Part shown: positions 1 to 12,312 of the stretch, piece by piece
Layout of the letters: every line of letters starts with the position of its first letter
Numbering within the stretch: the stretch's first letter is position 1
From: Paramecium tetraurelia
Lineage: Eukaryota
Reading direction: 5' to 3'
NCBI GenBank assembly: GCA_000165425.1
Contig: CT868096.1
Location: 764,601-828,600 of the forward strand
Length of the DNA stretch: 64,000 nucleotides
Notes under the pieces: model-generated
The model's input: the letters and a program-made list of their open reading frames with translations, nothing else
What the model was told of the DNA's origin: nothing
The model's database searches: none
Position numbers and translations under genes: made by a program

Positions 1-653
1 GAAGAAAAATATGGGAATTAATTTCAATGTTCACCTCCTCATATAAAATTTAATAAAATTGTTTTCGATATTGTATGTATATTTAACTCCAAAGCATCTC
101 AGCATAATTAAGTATGGTAATTAAATTTCAACACTTTCAACCAGATTTACTCTAAAATTAAATTAATAGACAAATCTTATTCTATTATGAACTTTATAAA
201 TTCTTTCTTAGTATTAAGTGTGATTAATTAAATTCATTTTAGGCAGTAGAATAAAGTAAATAAATTAAAATTATGTATGAGGGTAATTAAAGCATCAACT
301 TTTTAGATTAAGAATATTCAAAACAAATCTTTAATTAAGAGTAGAGGCTCTCTTTAGTTAGACATTACATTGAATATTATGAAAACGTTAATATTATTTT
401 AATCATTGTCATTACATTATTAATTTCTGAATAATAATTTGAATTTTTTCAAATTTATGATTCGTTGCACTAGTATATTGGGATTGAATTCTGATTAAAA
501 AAATCATATTCTTTCATTTCAAGGAGAATTCTTAACCATACTAGTATTTATCTTAATATATTAAAACTAATTTGGTCACCATGATTTATGAGGCCGAAGG
601 GTTTTTATTTTGCTTCATATATATGTTAATTAATAAATAATATAATAAAATCA

Positions 654-2215
654 ATGATGTAAGATTCATTATTTGCTGAATCCTTTTGGAATCCTATTTC
701 GCTCACTTCATTTTCACATGACGACGATTATAATGTAAATTTTTAGATCTCATTTAATTTAGGTCTTTTAACTACACTCTGAAAACACCCCAGTAGTAAT
801 AAGAGTCATTGATGGGTAATTAATATCTAGTAGTTAATAATTGGATTTATTTCAAACATACATAACTTTAGATGAGAAGGGAGTAACACTCCAAAATCAA
901 TTTGGATAAATTACATACTCAGGGCCATAATTATAGTAGTTTTATGAACTCATTAATAAACTCTGTATGCATCTAGATATTCACAATCATTACTAAATTG
1001 AGAAACAGACTCATTAGTTAGATAATTTTGAAGTATTATTATATTATTCAATTAGATTTTTCAATCTAGAGATAAAATGACTGGTATTTTAAAATCGATA
1101 AAAAAATACTCAAAAAACCTAGGAAAACAGTATTTGAAGGACATTCTCAGCTACTCAAATTATGAGATTTTATATGAAGATGACCAATATTTATATTTGG
1201 TCATTTAGTATTTAAATGAATAAAATATTCAAAACTTGGCTTTCGAACAGTCCTTCTTTGGATTACTTAAACTTCTATACAATTATCACAAGAAAGGATT
1301 AGCGTTGAATCATTTTTCTGTAAAACTATAAGATTTATGTTAGGAATCAAATACCATTTTGTTGGATGAAAATTATAATATGGAAATACTGGATAATTCT
1401 TAACTTAAAAGAATTACTTAAGATTATCAAAACGATGTCTTGAAAGATGTGTAAATTATCAAAAGTTATTTAATTTAATAGTAAGTTAACTTATATATTT
1501 CAGATTTCCCCACAAATAAGATACCCTCTTAGATGTTGTTGATACTACTTTTAACTCCGTACAAGAACTATTATTTCATTAATGTTTTATTAATTACTTT
1601 GGAGAGAGAAACTTTTTTGTGTTCCTCAATGCATAACCATATTAACAGTTAGGCTATCTCTCTTCTAATCCGTAATTAAATTTGCTTGAAACCTTCAACA
1701 CTATTAGATCAAGCATCATGGATTCATCTGATGAATCAGAAGACGTCTAATTAATTAATCAGTTTAATTTTTGCTAATCCCAGTTCGAAGACTCTCCAAT
1801 GCTCTCTCCTTAGTTGAAACCAAAACACCAATCAAGATTATCAAGTAGATAAGTTGTGCTAGAAACCCTATTAAATGAACATATAATTACACCTGAATAA
1901 TTCTAATAGTTTTATAAAGAAGAAGATTTTCAGAACGAACAAGAAATCAATGAATTCAGCGAGATGCTCTCTAAGGAAATTGAAAATTCTTAACTAACAA
2001 CTCCAAACTAAAGTGAAGTAAGATTATTCATTTATTATTATTAGTCTACTGCTACATGTCCTAACACAGTCATTATTCACTCAAAAAAAAATGTTGTTAA
2101 TCGCATTTGCGATATAATACATGAAGCTTAATAAGAATTTATTGAAGCAACTAAAAACCCATATGATGTTAATAAAGTTTAGAATGTAAGGAAGAATCTA
2201 TTCAATCTACATTGA
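654..2215 (+). CDS. Degenerate PH-like/kinase-fold protein (probable pseudokinase) with Ser/Gln-rich tail
   Basis: Frame stays open under the ciliate code from ATG 654 to TGA 2213-2215, with short GT-AG introns (e.g. 735-762). Kinase-like N-lobe segment 'ILYEDDQYLYLVIQYL', but no GxGxxG, HRD or DFG. Layout parallels the kinase at 56943. Confidence 0.6.
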
Positions 2216-2269
2216 TCTTTTTAATTTACCTAATACATAATTTTGTTATCTTTATTAATCTTTTAGTTA

Positions 2270-2855
2270 TTTCATATTCTTATTGCAATAAATTCTATTA
2301 ATAATAGTTCATTCACTAAAATGCTCTTTCATCTACAACATAAAGCTATAATAGAAAATTAAAATGACTTGCTTCTAAAATGCACCTCTTGTCTAATTAT
2401 TGGTAAATCCTAGAACCTTATAATAAAACTACCAAATACTTTAAATAATACTAAGTAAACTTTTAGGTAATAATAAACTCGTTAAATAATTTATTTATAT
2501 TATTGCTAATACTAGAATACTGACTCAAGTATTGGTCTGAATTTGTTAATTTATTCATCAGTATGAGAATAAGGTTTCTTAAGTGAAGGTTAAAACGATA
2601 TACTGTTGGGTCTTAATAGTTAGGTTGCCATTCTAATGATTATTTTTTATCATGGCTAACCTAATATTCTACTGATTTCAGCTATTTATCATCTAAGGTT
2701 TTCAGATAAAATGAGGATGTTTAATTGATTGTAAACTTCTCAATCATTTCAATTAAATTCATAAGTTTTGAAAATCGAATACATACTTCTAATATGTAAA
2801 CTTAAAGACAGCTTTAAACATAAAGATGCAAGAATTATAAATCAAAGAAACTCAT
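2270..2855 (-). pseudogene. Possible small gene or decayed gene remnant directly downstream of the K+ channel
   Basis: A long TGA-free frame starts at an ATG (2855) that overlaps the channel stop. The protein-like reading seems to switch frame near 2590. No recognisable domain; the 3' end is approximate. Confidence 0.25.
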
Positions 2856-4724
2856 TTAATATTATTTTTTATACTATTTTTCAATCGAACATCTTAGATA
2901 TTTGAGAGGCTTTACATTTTACAATCTAAATTGTTTTCATTATTATTGCTTTCTTCATCAATATTTCCACTAGAATCCTCTAAATTAAACTTGAATTCAG
3001 CATTTCCTTTTAAATTTTATAAGACATCATTTTAGATGGCAGAATTCTTAGAACTAATTTAGGCATAAATTATGCTATTGTTATGTGCATCATGGTTATC
3101 ATTAATATCTGTTTAAGTTTTATAAGGGTTGTGAACACTATTATGAATATTGTTATTATTGTTATTATTATTTATTATACACATGTAAGATCCTTTATTA
3201 TTTTTACTTCTTAATTTTTCACTCTTTTTAAGTATAAAAGATTTGCTTTATCTGCTTGCAACACTGAAAAGATCTGCTTAGCTTTCTTCACACATTAAGA
3301 TTGATTGCTAAGACATCATCTACTGCTTTTCTTTAAAAGCCTTGACTACTTAACCCAATTCTATTGATTTTTTCTAATTAAGATTTTTCTCCATTTTCAT
3401 AATCTTAATTAATAAAACTTAATTACTCTATGCTTTGCTTTCAGGTTTTTAATTTTAGTTTCAATATGGAGATCCAATTATTCAGTTAAGGCAGAATAGA
3501 GACTCATCAAGTCTTATGTAACTTCATCGAACAAATCCTAAGATTATGCCACAAAATCCATGACTTTTTAATTGTTATCCAATAATTATTCTAATCTTCT
3601 TTCCATGAACTTCAATTCTTTGAGATTTAAAGTTTGTTAATCTTATAAATTTGGATCTGAATCTACAACAGCAAATTATTCTTTTATTTTTACAATCTCA
3701 TTGTTCTCTTCTGCAATTCTTAAAGTTTAAGTTAAATTCATTCCCATAACAGCAACAGGCCTATAATTTAATGACAATTTACAATGAAACAGATGTGATT
3801 CCAAAGAATGCAGCAATGCATGCAATAAATTTGCCAGATAAACTCAACGGTAATTTGTCTCCATATCCAACAGTTGTCATTGTTGCGATGCACCACCAAA
3901 TTGCTTCTGATATTGATTATATTTTTTATTCATCATATATTTCAATGTTGTCATTGAATTCCAAGTAGTATACTATAATTGAAAAAAATAACACAAGGAA
4001 CAAAAACATGGTTATCAATATAAGAATATCCCTAAGTGAATTCCTAACTGTGTCTACCTTTTTAAGTGATGCTAATAATTACAATCATCAACATGTCCTT
4101 AATAAATCGAGATAATTTAAATAATCGAAATACTCTCATGAACCTAATGATTCTGATGACTCTTAATCCAGAAAGATTAGCTCCTTCAAATATCAAATTA
4201 AACAAGAATGGAGTTATGGCAAACAAATCAATTATGTTTAGCGGGGATAGAATAAATTGAGTGAAAGTTGAATCAAAAGCAGTTGAACTGAACATTCTTA
4301 AAAAGTATTCTGAACCGAAGAATATGAATAAGTAATATTCTAGATAGAACGAAATGTTATCATATTCCTAATTATTCTCTATTAGTAGTTAAATTATTTA
4401 AATACCATTATCCATTAATGAATCAACAATTATGGCTACACATGATAACAAAATACTTGTTAGCAATAAGAATTAGATTACATAAGCAATAGCCGAGGAA
4501 TTTGGATCTTCTAATAGAACATAGATATATTGTTGCATTCCTTTACATATCACTTTGAATTTCCCATAAAATGTTTGATTTTATAGTTTTTTTTTAAGAG
4601 AAAAATCTTCTGTTTTGAATTTTCTGACCCTATTTTTTTAAGTAGAAGCCTTTAGCTTTTAATTTGAAGAAGCACTTTCTTCCTTTGGTGAGAATAGTTA
4701 GCTAGGGTTTTATTCTGAATTCAT
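2852..4724 (-). CDS. Voltage-gated K+ channel, Shaker-like 6TM, with coiled-coil C-terminus
   Basis: EDPNSS before S1, S4 'LRVIRIIRFMRVFRLFKLSR', pore 'WWCIATMTTVGYGD', S6 'SLPVAV'. ATG at 4724, TGA at 2852-2854, several tiny introns. Confidence 0.92.
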
Positions 4725-5159
4725 AATAATTAAATTCCCTATTTTTATAATTTATAAATAATATCAATTATTCTTTTTCACAAAATAAAAATCCTTAATG
4801 AAAACACATCCATTATTATTCAATTTTTTGTGTATATAGATTTGTCAATCTAAGTTTCATATTTGTAAGAAGTTATTTTGAATTTTAGATAAAAATCTTA
4901 CTCCAATACTCTAATTGCTGTTACCTCAAATCAAATAAAATTTTGATAAAACTTATCAATTAACATTGAGCGTAAAATTTTAATTGACATTTTGCTAATC
5001 ATATATATGTCATTGCTATACAAATCTCTATAGCTTTTTTATAGAATAGTTAAGTTCTCTTTTTGATTGATTATTTTACCTTCAATATAGATAGTAGAAA
5101 TGGCTTTCCTCTAAATTATAAATAAATTTATTATATTATGTTGTTGTATATTTAATATA

Positions 5160-7382
<2,223 letters not shown>

Positions 7383-8480
7383 AAAAATATTAAAAATAAT
7401 TTTTAGAATTTTTAAATGATAATTCAGATATTCAATCCCTATTAATTAATTACAAATAAATATAGATATTTATACTTTTTAAAAAATTTCATCGACTTTT
7501 CTCAATAGTAACAATCATTCACATTATTCAAACTCTTATATTAAACACACTAAATATGATTTAATCATATTTTATTATAAATATTAGATATATTGAATTT
7601 TATCTACAAATTCCCACTAAAAAACAAGCAAATCATGAAATCTAAACATAATTAAAGAGAGAAGAAATATTTAATGTATAAACTTCCTTTGGCTAATCAA
7701 TTAGAGATGTAATTGGTCTATATTTTTGATAAATTGAATATATTTTAATCAATTTACTTTTTATTTGAATTTGAAATACCTATTAAATATATTTGTGTAA
7801 ATTAACAAACTATTTATCGATATTTATATTGTAATATTCTTTGACATTTATTTTAATTGTTAAAATATACTTTTTTAATAGCTTGAAATTGTTTAATTTT
7901 AAGATATGAATAAACTTTAGTATATTCCTTACATTTCTTATTTAAATGGTTTAGACTCTCCATGCCTTTTAATTGATTATAGATGTGATTTAATTAACCT
8001 CTTAATAAAGGGGTTAAAACAGTGTTTTTACTACAATTCACTTTTTAATTTATTTCATTCTGATTTAAAGCATTTATAAAGTTTAGCAAATTAAGATTGG
8101 ATTCTTAAAATTCAAAGTCTAGAGTACTCATTCATAAAGTAATATAAGATTTATTGTTTTACAATACAATAATTTAAATTTCCTTTGATCTAATAAATTC
8201 TTAATTGTATTTAATCGTCAATGGAAAGGTCAATTTCTAGCTCAATTTTGATATAGTGACTTGAGTCAATTTTGCTAATAGTACTTATATCAAATTGTAG
8301 ATTATAAAGTGCAATATCAATCTGCATTTAAAAAACCCAATTCATCTTATACATTCATAACCAAAGAGAATATGTGCAAAGTAAAGGGTTATTCTTGAAA
8401 GCAATATTTTTTTCATTTCTTCATTACAATTTTCTTGGTCTCTAAATTAAAATAAAATAATAAATATTTAAAATAAAAGA

Positions 8481-9206
8481 ATGAGACAGTTGTCCTATGA
8501 TTAGTTTACATGCCATACAGAAATCGATAATTAGCCCCTTTTAAGAACTAATAGTTAATCTATATCCATCGCTGATATACATACTGCTGATACAAACAGA
8601 AAATTATAATAAATTGCTTTTGAATCTATAGAATATTTATTATAAGAGGAGGCAGAAGAGAAGGAATATATCATTCTTTAAAATAGCATTCGATAGTAAT
8701 TAGCTATGCAACTTAATATTGAAAATTTAGGTAGGAATATACTAAATTTATAGCTAAGTTTGATTTTTCAAATTTGGAGAACAAAATACAACTGATTTTT
8801 TAATGGATCATAGTAGTGTTTTACAGGACTAGTAGCGAAATGTTCGAATGGAAATCTTTTAAGGTAACGTATATCTGAGAATAAAAGGAAATTTGCATAA
8901 TTGAAGATAAAGGTGTAGATTTAAGAAACAGAATTGGATTGAAAAACATAGTTAGAATGACAAAATTAGAATTTGAACTGACAAAATAATTGATGCTATA
9001 TAGACTTAGTATTGAATCCAAAAATAACAATAACAAAGATGTTGTTTAATTTATAAGTCAAATTTTTGACATAATATAAATAATAATAAGGACGTTTGAA
9101 GCTGGCTAAAAGGTTATGCGAATTGAGGAAGAATTAATAAGAGTAAAATTTATCATATCATTAGAGATAAATTTAAGAAAATTAGTCAAAAGAGGAAGAA
9201 AAGTGA
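8481..9206 (+). CDS. Hypothetical protein
   Basis: ATG 8481 to TGA 9204-9206, open under the ciliate code after removing three 22-24 nt GT-AG introns. No known motif. Confidence 0.65.
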
Positions 9207-10223
9207 TATAGATTATTGATATTTTTCTATATATATAATCTTATGTTCTTTCAAAAAGTTACTTGAAATCATAATAGTATGATAAAATCAATTACTTCAA
9301 TAAATTGCGAATTAAAATAAATAATAATTAACATTAAATATATTGATACATTATTTATATTGCACTTAGAATTATTTGAAGCAGTCCAAGCAGTCAGTCA
9401 AAAATAATTAGTTTTAATTTAATTAACTGTATGTTATTCTTAGTGGAGAGTTTTGAAAAAAAATATCAAAATAAGTTAAAATCAGATTTGGGTTATTTTT
9501 ATTGCATATATATACAATATTCTTCCCTTTTTTATTGACGCTTCTATTTATATTCATAATATTCAATTAAGATAATTCTGATGAGTCCAATAATATGGCT
9601 TTTGGAGTTATGTTCTAAATCTTTATTCATCCCCAAAGACAAAAATTTAGAGAATAAATGAGATGATATTACAAACAATAGTTATTCTCACTAGAAAAAT
9701 TAAAAAGTAATTTTTAAATGCAATAATCCTAATAGAATAAACCTCAGATTAGTATGCGTAGCTTCAATTATACCATAAAAGGCATTATTTGATTTTTATC
9801 GGTATGAAGCATTTTAATCTTCGCAAAAAATGCAGTTCTTTCGAAGTTGAAGATGATCTCAATAAATTTACTAAGGGAATTATATAATAAACATACTGTA
9901 TTTATCTGATATGAATCTAAATATATTTTATGATTAGTTAATCAGAGAAAGAAATAAATTAAATTAGTTAAAAATGGTTCTATAATCCAAAATTAACATT
10001 AATATTCCTTTTTCTTTTTAAAAATATCATTTTGAAATCACACTCATATATATTTAAGAAAGAGGATTTTCATGAAGAATTGCAAATGATTTTCTATTAT
10101 ATAAAGTTGTAGATCTAAGAATTTGTTTTATCACATTCTGTCTTTTATTTCATCTTAAGTATTTAATTGATTAGAACCACTTTTTTTTTTTTGTTTCCAA
10201 TATCAGTATAAGTAATCAAGAAA

Positions 10224-10295
10224 GTGCTTGTAGATTAACGGATAGATCATCAGTCTGATAAGCTGAAGGCGAAGGTTCGATCCCTTCCAAGCATA
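10224..10295 (+). tRNA. trnI-GAU: tRNA-Ile with GAU anticodon
   Basis: Complete cloverleaf: acceptor GTGCTTG/CAAGCAT, D stem GATT/GATC with GG in the loop, anticodon stem TCAGT/GCTGA with loop CT-GAT-AA (10257-10259), T stem GAAGG/CCTTC with loop TTCGATC, discriminator A, no encoded CCA. Confidence 0.93.
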
Positions 10296-10302
10296 TTTTT
10301 TT
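10296..10302 (+). terminator. RNA polymerase III oligo-T terminator
   Basis: Run of 7 T immediately after the tRNA discriminator base. Confidence 0.75.
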
Positions 10303-10479
10303 AATTTTATCTAAAACTTATTTAAATAGGTATTTTTAGAATAATAGCATAGTGATATGAAAAATAGCACAAAACAACATTTGGAAATTAGAAGCTAAAA
10401 AAATTCATAGGATATTATCATCAATTTATATTATATCAACCATTTTGGTATTATAAAATAACATTTAATTTCCAAACAT

Positions 10480-11156
10480 TATCATTCATATAATTTTCAG
10501 ATTAATATATGCTAAATTCCTGATATCTTTTCGATCAAAAGAACTTCAATTAATAGAATCAGGAGTGTCTCATCAATAAAAAGAATTATTTAATAGCTCT
10601 TTTCAATTCATTTAAGAGAATTCTCTCAACTCTCTTGATGGAATTCGATCAGAACTATCTCGAATGTCTTTTCTATAATCTTTTGTATCATAAAATAAAT
10701 CTCTTCACCTAATTTTTTATTCCACCCTTACCCAATCTATAAGAGGAATAGCTTATGTTTTTGAATCATGAAAAGCATAAACAAACACTTAGCATAACAA
10801 TCTTATTCTTAATAAATTATATTGCAAAGTAATTTCTCTTATTAATATTGGATTCTAAGTTTTCCTAAAAGTAGCTTCTTTCCTTAGTGCTTATATTTTA
10901 GATTGAATCATATGATTAAAAAGGTATAAGACTCAAATTGTTTACAAAATATTCTTCATTCTTGGCGTTTCAGTTAATTAAGGCTATCATTTATTGAATT
11001 AAATTTTTCTATTTATATACTTCTTAACTTCATATTTATTAATTTATTTTTATTTTCTGAATTTTATAAATCCAACCCACCTTCACCTTATAAACTTTAT
11101 TTTCTTAAGTCTTAATTCTTCTAATAATGTTTGTATTTAATACATTGTTTTTGCAT
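10480..11156 (-). pseudogene. Probable decayed coding remnant
   Basis: Purine-rich, coding-like composition on the minus strand and an intron-like GT..AG segment, but all three frames are interrupted by TGA. Confidence 0.3.
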
Positions 11157-11681
11157 AAATAAAATATATTGTCTGGTGGTTATATTATTATGTAAACAAA
11201 ATAAAAGATATTTAATAAATAGTCCTCAATTTAATAAATTTGTTTAAATCACATATATTTATATATATCTATAAATATATAAACTTCAATAAAATATGTA
11301 TATATTTATATATTTCAGTTGAAGAGATTACAAAATTAGTTATCAATTAACACTTAAATTTTTTCAGTTACACAAATGCAATTAAGAATGATTATTAAAT
11401 ATTTTATATGTTGAGGACATAATTATTGATATTCCAATTAACTTCAATATTGTTTCTTTATAACATACACAGGTCTGAAATCATTGGTTGAAGATTTCAA
11501 TTTCTGACTGTTATCCTGGAATTATGTAACTGTGCTTTTTAATTATTAGATGATGATTCTTAATTAAGGATAGAATTGAGAGATTTAAAGATATAAGTAA
11601 GCAAATATATTAGAGATTCCACAATAGGGAATATATATTAACATGAATTAATGAATCAATATTAAAATTTATATAAATAAC

Positions 11682-12304
11682 ATGGGATGTGTTAATTCTC
11701 GAAGTGTTGAGGTTTATCAAAGGAAATTCAAACTAGTTATTGTAGGGTTGGAAGGAAGTGGTAAAACATCAATATTTGAATACATCAGACAAGGAAAATT
11801 TGTGCAAACAAAACCAACAGTTGGTTAGGATTTATAATTATCAATAGGTGTAAATGTAGATTTTAGCCATCCTGAGTTTATGATTTTTGACGTGGGGGGA
11901 AAAGTACCAAGCTTATGGAGTAACTATTACGAAAACACTGATGGACTAATTTTTATCATAGATTCTTCAAATAAAGAGTAGTTATATTAGGTCAAAGAGC
12001 AATTTGTTAAGTTGAATAAAGATTTAGAATACTTGAATGTATTACTAATTAAGTGAAATAGGTAGTAATTCTCATTATGTTTACAAAACAAGACAAAATA
12101 CATCTTGATAATCAGGTTTTGATCTAAGAATGCGGAGTGTTTGGATATCTAGAATAAGATACTATATTCTAAATGTGCAGCGCTAAAACCGGTGATGGAG
12201 TGTAGGAAGGAATTTAAAAATTAATAAACTTAATCAAAAAACAATAAAAGCCGAACATTCCACTTAACCCAATTAAATAACATTAAAAAAAGATAGCAGT
12301 ATGA
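11682..12304 (+). CDS. ARF-like (Arl) small GTPase, divergent
   Basis: MGC N-terminus, G1 GLEGSGKT, G2 PTVG, G3 DVGGK, G4 TKQD, G5 CSAKTG. Two tiny introns. Confidence 0.9.
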
Positions 12305-12312
12305 TAATTAAT

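Noticed and set aside
575..610. TTATGAGGCCGAAGGG resembling a hammerhead ribozyme core
   Set aside because: Lacks the intact CTGATGA and GAAA core and a closing stem II.
10330..11156. Minus-strand frame beside the tRNA that reads plausibly if TGA = Trp (e.g. NWKE, FYWWD), suggesting recoding or a mitochondrial insert
   Set aside because: About 10 TGA in about 280 codons is near chance for this base composition. The frame also contains TAA/TAG, so it is not mitochondrial code, and the other frames look equally protein-like. A decayed gene is the simpler explanation.
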